57,981 nucleotides of DNA from a virus (lineage: Duplodnaviria > Caudoviricetes). The stretch is from positions 1-57,981 of the IMG/VR virus record IMGVR_UViG_3300020439_002263. One strand, 5' to 3'. Made by a program: the position numbers and the translations under genes. The notes under the pieces are model-generated. The model did no database searches and had not been told where the DNA came from. It saw only the letters and a program-made list of their open reading frames with translations. Shown one piece after another: positions 46,808 through 56,113 of the stretch. The first letter of the stretch is position 1, and each line of letters starts with the position of its first letter.

Positions 46808-47176
46808 CTAAAAAGCGCCCGAGACGGAAGAAAAATGCAGGGTTTTGTGGGGCGTGAGGCGGTCCACATCAATGCCATCGAGCAGCCAGGACAACTGCTC
46901 AGGCGAGAGGCTGCGGACCGCTGCTGTGCCGGCATCAGGCCAGCAGAAGCGCTGCTTCTCCAGCCGCTTGTACCAGAGCACAAATCCGTTGCGCTCCCAG
47001 TACAGCAGTTTGACCTTGTCCCGTTGCCGGTTGGTGAAGGCAAACAGGGTGGGTGCAAAGGGGCTGCGTTCCAGCTCGGCCTCGACAATGGCGGCCAGTC
47101 CGTCAATACTCTTGCGAAAGTCGACCGGGTGCAGATACAGGCAAATCTCCCGCACCGGCCAGCGCCGGATCCTCAT
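46808..47176 (-). CDS. tnpB: IS66 accessory protein TnpB
   Basis: PVDFRKSIDGL, KLLYWERNGFVLWYKRLE. Confidence 0.95.
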   Translation of the reverse strand: MRIRRWPVREICLYLHPVDFRKSIDGLAAIVEAELERSPFAPTLFAFTNRQRDKVKLLYWERNGFVLWYKRLEKQRFCWPDAGTAAVRSLSPEQLSWLLDGIDVDRLTPHKTLHFSSVSGAF

Positions 47177-47484
47177 GACGAGAGCACGCCGAGCACGGCA
47201 GACAGCTGTGCGGCCGGCACCCGCATTCGGACAGGCAGGCCATTGGCAAGTTGAGTATCCAGTTCGATGCAGTCATCAGCTTCATTACCAACCGGTACGC
47301 GGACGAAACCACTTTGGCTGCGATTGCCTTCCCCATAACCCTTGCGCCTGAGGGTATGGGCGGCATTGTACAGGGTGGCTGGGCTGACACCATGTTCGGT
47401 GGCTACCTGCTTCAGGGGTTTGCCATCGGCCCTGGCTTGTTCGATCAGGGACAGGTAGAAGGATTGCTTATCGGTGAGCGACAT
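47173..47484 (-). CDS. tnpA: IS66 accessory protein TnpA (HTH)
   Basis: HTH (VATEHGVSPATLY), GFVRV; ATGA overlap with tnpB. Confidence 0.85.
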   Translation of the reverse strand: MSLTDKQSFYLSLIEQARADGKPLKQVATEHGVSPATLYNAAHTLRRKGYGEGNRSQSGFVRVPVGNEADDCIELDTQLANGLPVRMRVPAAQLSAVLGVLSS

Positions 47485-47675
47485 GTCGGACTCCTGTGCA
47501 ATGGACAGGAGTACCTTAGCTGATCCGCCGGGCGGTTTTTAGATGGGGGTTTTGGATCGCTTACAGTAAAACCGCACACCTCGCGCTGAGCTGAAACAAC
47601 TTGCCATCCAGATTTTCGGACGCCGGTTCAGTTCCCAAACCGGGAATCGAATTGGCTGTAGGTGGCAGCCACTTA

Positions 47676-47909
47676 TTACCCCTTTGGAGGATAAGGGTCG
47701 TTCCCGTGACTGTCCTTATTCTGGATCTTCCCGTCCTTACCATGGATGTAAAACTCAGTACCTTGGTTTCGGCTGATCTTCCGCCCGGCATCGATAGCAT
47801 CCTGCTTTTTGTCGAAGTAGCCACTGCTGCGGCTTGCACCACCTTTTTTGACATCCCAACCGCCGTCGGCATTGGGCACTACGTGATGTGATCCGGTTTT
47901 CTTTGGCAT
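47676..47909 (-). CDS. DUF2188-family protein
   Basis: HHVVPN..GGW.VK..GASR.S, IHGKDGKIQ..DSHGNDP.PPKG. Confidence 0.88.
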   Translation of the reverse strand: MPKKTGSHHVVPNADGGWDVKKGGASRSSGYFDKKQDAIDAGRKISRNQGTEFYIHGKDGKIQNKDSHGNDPYPPKG

Positions 47910-47922
47910 GTTGACCTCCCGC

Positions 47923-48882
47923 TTACGCGTTTTTTTCTGAAATCAGCCGGCTTGCCAGATCCAGGGCATCGACCGGCCAGAAACACTCCGGACGTGGGCG
48001 CTGTACGCCGGGATGTCCGGCCTCAGGGCGGCAGTTCAGCAGGCAGTCGAGCCACTGGGCTGGAATAGCCTCCCGGCCGTACACAGCACCCAACAAAGCC
48101 CCACAAATCGCCGCGTTGGTATCGGTGTCGCCACCGCGCATAATGGTATCGACCACACCTTCCTCAAGGTTTGCCGCATGGAGCAGTTGCCAGAGGGCAT
48201 TGCGAAACGCGATCAGAACCCAGCCTTGCTGTTGGACATAGTCCGTTGGGCGAGCTTCGGCGGCCTCTTGGATGGCAGCCAGCAGTTTCGGTTCGACATC
48301 CATCTCGGCAGCCCAGGTCTGAATGGACTGATAGAGCGACTGCTGGTCAGCACCAGTATTGATGGCATGGGCAATCGCCATAGCGAAAAGCGCGTTGGCC
48401 TGTTGGCACACCAGGTTGGGATGGGTCAGGGAAGCATCGATCCGAGCCCAATCCGCAACCTGGTTCAGCTCGTAATTGGCACCGAAAATTCCCAGAGGGC
48501 TTACCCGCATCATCGCTCCGTTTGCCTGACTGTCATGGTTCGGGCGTCCACGGAGGCCTGCGGCGATGGTCATGCCGCAGTCGAATGGATCGGAGTCCAG
48601 CCAGAAAGTATAGGCTTCGCGAGCGGCCTCTGGAACATAGGTCCCGTGCTCAACCAACAGCCGGGCGAGCAGCAGTGCCATTTCTGAGTCATCGGTGGGC
48701 TGCCCCGCGATAGTGTTCCAAGTACCGCCATCGGCCAACTCCCGAACGCCATCGGGATAGCTATGCCGGATTTCCTCTGGCGACTGAAACTCAACCAGGC
48801 TACCTAGGGCATCACCTGCGAGCTGGCCGATAAGGCAGCCTTGGGCTCTGGATAGTTTATCTATGTGGCATTTGAAATTCAT
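47923..48882 (-). CDS. ADP-ribosylglycohydrolase (DraG/ARH family)
   Basis: GDALG, TDDSEM, ANGAMMR, LTHP, GGDTDTNAAICGAL; start probably ATG 48882. Confidence 0.93.
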   Translation of the reverse strand: MNFKCHIDKLSRAQGCLIGQLAGDALGSLVEFQSPEEIRHSYPDGVRELADGGTWNTIAGQPTDDSEMALLLARLLVEHGTYVPEAAREAYTFWLDSDPFDCGMTIAAGLRGRPNHDSQANGAMMRVSPLGIFGANYELNQVADWARIDASLTHPNLVCQQANALFAMAIAHAINTGADQQSLYQSIQTWAAEMDVEPKLLAAIQEAAEARPTDYVQQQGWVLIAFRNALWQLLHAANLEEGVVDTIMRGGDTDTNAAICGALLGAVYGREAIPAQWLDCLLNCRPEAGHPGVQRPRPECFWPVDALDLASRLISEKNA

Positions 48883-48889
48883 CACCAGC

Positions 48890-50662
48890 TCACCCATTGC
48901 ATTGATGGACAACATCTGAAATCATTTTCTTGATAATTGGATTAGCTAATTTAGCCACAATTGAAATTGTATTGTCCCGGTTATGATTCCAGTGTAAGCC
49001 GTCATCGAATATCACCCTTAAGAGATAGTGCGATTCCGGAACTGAAGCACCACGTTGAGATGCCCAGTCAAGCTTTGGCCCGGTTTTGTGGGTTGTAAAA
49101 AATTCTTCGGAATCGGGGTGCTCGGAAATCTGTCTATAAGCGAGTTCCTCGATGGATCGTCGGGTTATTGCGCATATTGCGAGAGGGTCATACTGTTGTC
49201 CAGTTTCGTACTTGTTAAACTCTTCTGTTAGAAATTTTTGAAATCTGCCATGCTTTCCCCAACTCGATCTTACCCCTGAAATTACCTTCAAATCATCCGA
49301 GAAATCGTATTCGTCAACATGGTAGTGAACGAGGTATTTTGATATTTTGTTTTTCAGCTCTTCATCGCATCCAGTTTGCGAGCGTGCACCAATGAGCTTT
49401 TTCATTGCGTCGATAGAATCAAATGCTGATCCCTTGTCCAGGTAGACAGTATTTTGATTGCTAAATACATAGTTCCTGAAGAAGGCCGGGTTCAGATGTG
49501 TGAGGATTATAGTATAAATGGATCTGCCCTGCCGTTTATAATCTTCAATAAGCTGGGATATGTAATATTGAGCAACGGTTAGGTTAGCGTCATCCAAATA
49601 ATCGAAAACTTCATCAATTATTACAATTGCTCGGGATTTGGTCAGGTTGTGTCTAGCAATGTGAAGCAAAGAAAGAAGTACCATTACATCTCGTTGTCCA
49701 TTGGATATATGTGTCGGGTCGGGCATTTCGACGATTAATTTTCCTTTTGTTTCTTTCAGGGATGGAATTTTCCATGAAGTATTGAGGTCGTTTAAACCGT
49801 CCCGAAGCGATTGCTTTATAGCTGAATAGCGAAGCCACTCAAGATGGCTTTTGAGGGTGTCACTATTGCTTCTTGCAACCAACAGCATTTGCCAAAGAGC
49901 TAAGAATGCTTCGGCTTGATTTAGCTTGGTTGTCTGGGTGACAATAGTAAGAGCTCCTCTTGCTTCCTGCATGTTTCTGCATAATTCAACAATGCTGGAC
50001 TGAGCGTTTTCCAATGCTTCAGTTGTATCCCCATCGAAGTCGGATATCTGCTGCCTTACCTTTTCAATTTGACTCCATTTTCTGGTTTTTACAAGAGAGT
50101 TTATATATTGAAAAATCTCAGGCGATCTCATGATGAATTCATGAGATCGGAAAAGTTCATCATCTATATTGGGCAATAAGACATTGTGAGCGCCAAAAGC
50201 TCGTTTGGCTTCAGAAATCCTGTAGGGACTGGCAACTCGGGTGGTTTTATTACAAATGACAATCGGGTCGATAATCATTTTTGCTTCGGCTCTAGAAAAT
50301 CCCCCAAAGTTTCTAGATTGCGCCTTGATTCGTCTCAGATCTGATATCACATGAATATCAAAATTTTTGCGAATATCATTGGAATGAGCATCCTCTGAGG
50401 CGCTCAATTTTGAAAGGGTACCGTCCTCTTCCAATTCGAGTTTAATTTTTGACTTTCTCGTTTCATCATGTTGATGACGGTCTCCATCGCATATTTTGAT
50501 GAATGTTTGATGTGCTGCATTTCTGAATGCCGCAGCAATTGAGGTCTTCCCGAAGCCATTAGGAGCAACCAGAATATTAGGTCGATTTTTCAAGATATCA
50601 GCATTGATTGTGAGCAGATCAATTCCGCGCGTGTTTTCAATGCAGATATTTTTTATGGTCAC
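48890..50662 (-). CDS. ABC-type ATPase with HEPN-like C-terminus (PrrC/RloC-like architecture)
   Basis: APNGFGKT Walker A, ISNGQRD signature, IVIIDEVFDYLD Walker B/D-loop, ILTH; C-terminal RRSIEE...IFDDGLH. Confidence 0.7.
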   Translation of the reverse strand: MTIKNICIENTRGIDLLTINADILKNRPNILVAPNGFGKTSIAAAFRNAAHQTFIKICDGDRHQHDETRKSKIKLELEEDGTLSKLSASEDAHSNDIRKNFDIHVISDLRRIKAQSRNFGGFSRAEAKMIIDPIVICNKTTRVASPYRISEAKRAFGAHNVLLPNIDDELFRSHEFIMRSPEIFQYINSLVKTRKWSQIEKVRQQISDFDGDTTEALENAQSSIVELCRNMQEARGALTIVTQTTKLNQAEAFLALWQMLLVARSNSDTLKSHLEWLRYSAIKQSLRDGLNDLNTSWKIPSLKETKGKLIVEMPDPTHISNGQRDVMVLLSLLHIARHNLTKSRAIVIIDEVFDYLDDANLTVAQYYISQLIEDYKRQGRSIYTIILTHLNPAFFRNYVFSNQNTVYLDKGSAFDSIDAMKKLIGARSQTGCDEELKNKISKYLVHYHVDEYDFSDDLKVISGVRSSWGKHGRFQKFLTEEFNKYETGQQYDPLAICAITRRSIEELAYRQISEHPDSEEFFTTHKTGPKLDWASQRGASVPESHYLLRVIFDDGLHWNHNRDNTISIVAKLANPIIKKMISDVVHQCNG

Positions 50663-51711
50663 TTTTCGACTCCTGTGATCGGCAGTTCCTCCAACTCGAA
50701 AAGGTCATGAGACATACGGCGGACGCCTATGTTGTATTCAATGAGCTGTGTGACCAGTTGTTCGCCGTTCATAAGAGCCACTGGAATCTTATCTGATTGG
50801 CTGGCTTCTTCTATGGCTCCCTTGCTGAAATCACTGGTGGTGATAATCAGGCCTTGCTCATGTGCTCCTAGGCTGCCGCGCACCTGCTGCACGACAGGAG
50901 CTTGGATGTTGTTCTTGAGCTTCCACTTCTTGACCTGGACGGCCATCTTGATGCGGACGACATCGCCCACCACCAGGGTGCCCCGGACATCGATGCCGCC
51001 ATCGCCACTGAGCTTGGTCACCTCGACCATCTCGAAACCCATCTCCGCCAGCAGTTGTGAGACGAGCTCCTCAAACTCGCCAGGCTTCATGGTTAATAGC
51101 CGCTCGAGCAGGGCCTTCCGAACCTGGTGGTTGTGCTGTTCTATCTGGAATGCCAGGCCGCGCCCCATCCACTGGCTCAGACCGACATAGCCTCGGCCGT
51201 GCTGGACAAAACGCGGGCGTTCGCCGCGCTTCTGTTGGCGTTTGATCTCGGTGATAACTTGCGCGTACATGGTGGCCTCAGGTGTTTTCCCACTCGTGAC
51301 CAGCCAGCCTTTTGCGAGAGCCTTTTCGGTGATCTCTTTGTAGTGCATCGGTTTCTTGCCACCGAATTCCTCAAGCACCTTCTGGGCGCAGTTCGTAAAG
51401 GAAAACCCTGCTATCGTCGAGCTGATCTTCTGATCTGTTGCAGCCTTGGATGGTTTCGCATGTAGGGCCTTCGCAGATTCCTCAGTGGAGTTTTCCCGTA
51501 GGGCAAATGTCTGCGGGGCCACCTTTATAAAAGGTGAGTTGTCGCCATTCTTCTTAATGTTCGAATATAGGCTGGCGCTGACGGTGGCTTCAGGGGTCTT
51601 TCCTGCAGACCTCCAGAGACCAGCTGCAATGATCTGTTCAGCGATATCTTTCGCATGAAGGGGTTTGCCTGCTCCTCGGAGAACTTCTATTGCTGCAGTC
51701 TGAACATTCAT
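50659..51711 (-). CDS. Mrr-family restriction endonuclease with two HARE-HTH domains
   Basis: Two PLH/PMH.K.I....L..G.....GKTPEAT repeats; DGGIDV...VQVKKW catalytic domain. Confidence 0.9.
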   Translation of the reverse strand: MNVQTAAIEVLRGAGKPLHAKDIAEQIIAAGLWRSAGKTPEATVSASLYSNIKKNGDNSPFIKVAPQTFALRENSTEESAKALHAKPSKAATDQKISSTIAGFSFTNCAQKVLEEFGGKKPMHYKEITEKALAKGWLVTSGKTPEATMYAQVITEIKRQQKRGERPRFVQHGRGYVGLSQWMGRGLAFQIEQHNHQVRKALLERLLTMKPGEFEELVSQLLAEMGFEMVEVTKLSGDGGIDVRGTLVVGDVVRIKMAVQVKKWKLKNNIQAPVVQQVRGSLGAHEQGLIITTSDFSKGAIEEASQSDKIPVALMNGEQLVTQLIEYNIGVRRMSHDLFELEELPITGVEK

Positions 51712-51716
51712 AGTCG

Positions 51717-53762
51717 TTACTCCACCATTGCCTTGAGCAAGGCATCCCTGGCATCGGAATAGAATTGAATGTCGATCTTGGTCGCCATGTCATCCGATAG
51801 ATCAAACAATTGGCGGCGGCAGGCGACCGGCATCAGAAGTGCTGTCGCGCCTTTTTCAACAGCGATCTCTGCGATGGTTACCGGATTGTGGATTGGCTCA
51901 ATCGAGCCTCCAAGATTGATTTCACCAACAATAACGAGGCCACCGCGCACGCTTTTTTTCAGGAGAGATGTACAGAGCGCAACCAACGATGCCATGCCAA
52001 GCTTGGCACCGGATTTTGAGGCATCAAACGCTCGTAGCTGTGTCGTAAATTCATGATGGCGTGGGTCTTTGTCGCCAACCAATTGCATTGACCGCGCATA
52101 AAGGTTCTGTTCTGCGTAGCCCATGCTTTCTTTGAATGCAGGTGGCACAGGTTTGTTTAGGATCTTGACCCCCGAGCCAGGGCCTTCATTGATCTCTATG
52201 CGGTAGAGTCCTGGGTGTTCCTCTCCATCACCGGGTGAAATGCTCCAGACTTGTCCTGGCTCCAGGGGGTCACCGCCAATACTATTCTCGCTCTGTAATT
52301 CCGGTGTAGAAACGAATTTTTCAACGCCATCTGTACCCATTACATAGCTGAAATGGGTATTTCGGAATTCCGTCGCACCAATGCGTTTTTGCTGCTCTTT
52401 AACGCGCCTTCTGGATTCCATCGCAATCCGGACAGCCCATTCAATATCCTCATCAGAAACTTCATCGCCACCCGGATAAAGTAGCTTGAGCAATCCGCTG
52501 GCAGTTTTATTGACGGCATTGGTATCCCGTCCAGAGAGAGCTCCTCCGAAGAAGACACGGTTTTGCAGAACACTTACTCGGCTCTGATTGCGAAGCTGGC
52601 TCCAGCATTCGGAGAGGAAGTCACTCACCAATCCGAAGTGGTTAGTCAGCAATTCCTTGCTAATCTTGGGCACATCCCAGCCTGGCAAGAACGCATGGAT
52701 GCGATCCATGAATGCAGTATCATCCTTCATTTCCTGAGGCATGGGGCCGAACAAGTGTCCGATTCGTTGCTGGTGCTCAACATCGACCTCAAAGTTACCC
52801 ACCAGGACAATACTTCCATCAGCACGAATGCTCTCTTTGCCCCGGCTAAACTCGCCAGACTCCATGTAGCCTTTCATGATATTCACGCCGTCCTTTTGAT
52901 CGAAGGATATGCCAGACACCTCATCGAAGCAGACCACATCGTATTGGCAAACTAAACCACGTTGGCCTGTCGCGTTGTTGACAAACATCCTTGCAACGGT
53001 CGCCTTTCCACCAGAAATTAGATGTGCGTAGGGTGAAACTTGTTGGAAAAGGTGGCTCTTGCCTGTTCCTCTGGGGCCGAGCTCCACAAGGTTGTAATTG
53101 CGTTCGACAAAGGGAACCATGCGCAGCATAAAGGCATCTCGTTGCCGATCAGACAACCCGCTCGGTTCAATGCCGATGGAGCGCATGAGGAAGTCTTTCC
53201 ACTCCTCGGTCGAGAACGCTTTTCTGGCCTCGCACAACGTATCCAGCACATCTCTTTTGGAAAGCTGTATTTCTCGAAGTGACTCGATACCAAACGGACG
53301 TCCTTTGCTTTCCTGCGCGATAGCCGCGTCGTAATTGAGGCTGATCTCGGCGTAGAAACCTCCCGTCAGCATTCGTTCGTGTTCGTTAACCAGTTCTGGA
53401 CTGATGCGGACATCGGTTAGTCTCAAACTGGGCAGCGTGGCCACATATGAATCGGTCTTGGCGTCCAAGCGGGCAGTGATGAGGTCTATGATTTTGACGT
53501 CACCATTCTCTCTGGCCCTGGCTTTGAAGAGTTCTTCTTCTCCAGCCTTCACTGTTCGTGATTTGAGTTGGCGCTGGACAATTTCCAGGCCTTCTTCGAT
53601 TTCCTCCTGATCGGTACTCGCACAGTAACGGCCAAGCAAAAACTCGACGACGTATGTCGGCACCGGAAACTGGCGGCTGAACGTCCTGACCAGATCCTTC
53701 CGGACCAGGTAGCCCTCAAGCGAGGAGGCCGCCTTTCTGTCGATCTGATCCAATTCAATCAT
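51717..53762 (-). CDS. brxL: BREX Lon-like protein BrxL
   Basis: VPTYVVEFLLGRYCA, NYNLVELGPRGTGKSH, DVVCFDEV, MKGYMESGEFSRG, C-terminal Lon-like domain. Confidence 0.93.
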   Translation of the reverse strand: MIELDQIDRKAASSLEGYLVRKDLVRTFSRQFPVPTYVVEFLLGRYCASTDQEEIEEGLEIVQRQLKSRTVKAGEEELFKARARENGDVKIIDLITARLDAKTDSYVATLPSLRLTDVRISPELVNEHERMLTGGFYAEISLNYDAAIAQESKGRPFGIESLREIQLSKRDVLDTLCEARKAFSTEEWKDFLMRSIGIEPSGLSDRQRDAFMLRMVPFVERNYNLVELGPRGTGKSHLFQQVSPYAHLISGGKATVARMFVNNATGQRGLVCQYDVVCFDEVSGISFDQKDGVNIMKGYMESGEFSRGKESIRADGSIVLVGNFEVDVEHQQRIGHLFGPMPQEMKDDTAFMDRIHAFLPGWDVPKISKELLTNHFGLVSDFLSECWSQLRNQSRVSVLQNRVFFGGALSGRDTNAVNKTASGLLKLLYPGGDEVSDEDIEWAVRIAMESRRRVKEQQKRIGATEFRNTHFSYVMGTDGVEKFVSTPELQSENSIGGDPLEPGQVWSISPGDGEEHPGLYRIEINEGPGSGVKILNKPVPPAFKESMGYAEQNLYARSMQLVGDKDPRHHEFTTQLRAFDASKSGAKLGMASLVALCTSLLKKSVRGGLVIVGEINLGGSIEPIHNPVTIAEIAVEKGATALLMPVACRRQLFDLSDDMATKIDIQFYSDARDALLKAMVE

Positions 53763-56113
53763 TATTTTCCTCCACCAATTACTGTGGCGATCTGCGCTAC
53801 CAGTGAGCCATTCGCATCAATCAAGACCACTATGGCGTCACGCCCCTCCATGTCTTCATCTTCGACGACTACGGAGGCTGTTCCGTTATCTTTGAGAGGC
53901 TTGACCCCAACGACCACACTGGACAATGAATTGCCAGCTTGGGTGCGAACATCAAGTGATAAACCCGAGAAGTTTCCATCTACTGCAACGGTGCAGCGCA
54001 ACCCTCTCCAGACCACATCGGTGACCTCAATAGAGGCCGTCTCCTGAAGAGAAGATCCTCGAGTGACAGTCATCTGCAAGGTCAGGCATTCCTGCAGGCT
54101 TAATCCGCCGTGTGTGTATTCTTCGCCTTTCTTAAAGCAGCTAATGCCATCAGCCAGGACAAAGTGTTGGTTCGGGTTCCAGTACCAGGGATAGAGTCGT
54201 TCATCCGTTGATGCGCCTGGCTTCAGAGAAGCGCAGCGGCCCCACTTGTTGTCCGCCAGGGCGCTGGGCAATTCGACCTTTGGCAGCCCACCGGGGAGGA
54301 GTAACCATCCGTGATCGGTGACTACCCGAACACGTTTCCACCCAGCAGCCAAGAGAGCAGCTATGCGGTCGGCAATCTCTGAGAGCAGACCATCAAGGTG
54401 TTTGGCCAGCTTCCATCCACGATCATGACCCTCGTGGTCAATGTCACCAAATTCACACCATGCTTGTCCTTGCCCGTTGCCGTTATCCGAGCGTTCGAGA
54501 ATCGTCCAGCCTGCATCAGCCAACAATTTCTTCAGGTGATAACCACCTTTTAGCGATTGGCCGGTTTCAGCAACAGCAGGCTCAAAGTCAACACTACCGT
54601 CTTGCCCGCGAATCTTGTCACGCACCGGAGTCACGGCTGCCTTCCCCGTTGCGGTGACACTAGGGAGTGCCGTCCAGGTCGGCTCGTCTGCAACATCAAA
54701 GCCTTTGCGTTCTAACATATCAACGAGTCGCTTGGCGGCATCAAAACGAAGACCGTCAACGAACAGAATGCAAACACCAGAACTGTTGGTCAGGGGGGAG
54801 GCCGACAGGCAGGTCCCCCCTGGATAAGACGCACCATCGATAATTTTCTGTAAGTGGCGTGCTGATTCTTCCGCCCAGGGCAGATAAACCGAGCGTATGG
54901 CCGTGGAGATGGCCTCAAAGTCGTCAGGTGTTTTAACCTGAGCCAAGGCACTGATTACGGCATCATCGACCTTCCAGCCGTGGCTGCGATACCCGTGAGC
55001 AAGATCATCAATGGTACCAGCAGCAAGACTTGTCTTGGTAACCTCGGCGAGTATGGCCAGATGTTCTAAGGCGCATGCAAGCGGCGCTTCACCCAACTCA
55101 GCCCATACGAGAGAGCGCCTGCGGCCATGCTGCTTTTCCAGCTCCAGCAGCTTTTTTCTACCCTCATGGGCGGGAGCGTTTCCAAGTGCCATCAGGTCAC
55201 GGTGAAGCAGCTTTTCTTGATCCTCGTTCCATTGAGGCCAGCCATCGAATGAGCTATCTCCCGCGTGCCAAAAAATGGTGTCGCTGGGCGGTCGGCATTT
55301 GTGAATCTGGGCAGGAATATTCGGATACCGCTTAGGAGCCTCGCAGAAGCGCTCCCATACCGCATGCCAGGGGCCTTCCTGGGCAGCTAATTTGGCTGCT
55401 CCGGCAAGCACCCCCTCATTTTGCGGGTTAAAGGCAAGCTGAGACTTGCATACCTCAACAAAAGCTTTCCATTCGTGCTCGCCGCGACTGGCCTGAAACG
55501 CATCACCCTGGTCGAGCCATTGCAACAAGTCACGTATTGGGTCCCCACCAGTGAGCAGGGTATTGAAATAATCTTTGTCCAGGCGCTTGCCTTTGAGCAG
55601 CTCCAGCTCCTCATCCAGCAACCGATACAGCGCCAGCTGCATCGCATTCTTGGCATCGTTGTCCTGAGCCACATCCAGCCCAAGGCCTCCCTGGTCTGAT
55701 TTGAGATAGGCCAGAATCGTCCAATCCTTGGCATTGATCTGTGACCAGATAACCCCTCGGTATTGAAGCTCCGCCAGGGGTTTTAGATGATCCGGGCAGC
55801 TTTCAACAGCGCGTAAATCCTGGCGGCTGACGCCTGGCAGATAGAATATCGGAGTGCGATCCTTAGGAAGGGATACATCATCAGTGTTGCCAGCGATAAC
55901 ACAACGCAGCCAGATTGCCGGGCCGGTTCTTTTATCCGGTGCGTAGTCACCCAGTATCAGCAACTCTGGCAGTTCAGCCTGGAGCAATGGGACAACTGCT
56001 TCCCACTGGCGATTACGATCCGGCCAAAGGATGCACGCCGGAGCGACCTGGACTTCCGGGTTGTGTACGGCGGCATCACGAACGGCTTTCAGAAGGTGTT
56101 CTATCACTCTCAT
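53762..56113 (-). CDS. pglZ: BREX PglZ phosphodiesterase-domain protein
   Basis: FVDGLRFD, LPSVTATGK, DIDHEGH, VVTDHG, HGGLSLQE. Confidence 0.92.
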   Translation of the reverse strand: MRVIEHLLKAVRDAAVHNPEVQVAPACILWPDRNRQWEAVVPLLQAELPELLILGDYAPDKRTGPAIWLRCVIAGNTDDVSLPKDRTPIFYLPGVSRQDLRAVESCPDHLKPLAELQYRGVIWSQINAKDWTILAYLKSDQGGLGLDVAQDNDAKNAMQLALYRLLDEELELLKGKRLDKDYFNTLLTGGDPIRDLLQWLDQGDAFQASRGEHEWKAFVEVCKSQLAFNPQNEGVLAGAAKLAAQEGPWHAVWERFCEAPKRYPNIPAQIHKCRPPSDTIFWHAGDSSFDGWPQWNEDQEKLLHRDLMALGNAPAHEGRKKLLELEKQHGRRRSLVWAELGEAPLACALEHLAILAEVTKTSLAAGTIDDLAHGYRSHGWKVDDAVISALAQVKTPDDFEAISTAIRSVYLPWAEESARHLQKIIDGASYPGGTCLSASPLTNSSGVCILFVDGLRFDAAKRLVDMLERKGFDVADEPTWTALPSVTATGKAAVTPVRDKIRGQDGSVDFEPAVAETGQSLKGGYHLKKLLADAGWTILERSDNGNGQGQAWCEFGDIDHEGHDRGWKLAKHLDGLLSEIADRIAALLAAGWKRVRVVTDHGWLLLPGGLPKVELPSALADNKWGRCASLKPGASTDERLYPWYWNPNQHFVLADGISCFKKGEEYTHGGLSLQECLTLQMTVTRGSSLQETASIEVTDVVWRGLRCTVAVDGNFSGLSLDVRTQAGNSLSSVVVGVKPLKDNGTASVVVEDEDMEGRDAIVVLIDANGSLVAQIATVIGGGK

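Larger units (their letters stand above)
45152..47564 (-). mobile_element. IS66-family insertion sequence, intact
   Basis: Terminal inverted repeats gtaagcgatcca(t/a)aacccc; 8-bp target duplication agtaaaac at 45144-45151 and 47565-47572. Confidence 0.96.

Noticed and set aside
45281-47523. Many + strand and nested ORFs inside IS66 (likewise inside hipA and the BREX genes)
   Set aside because: Shadow ORFs of GC-rich coding sequence
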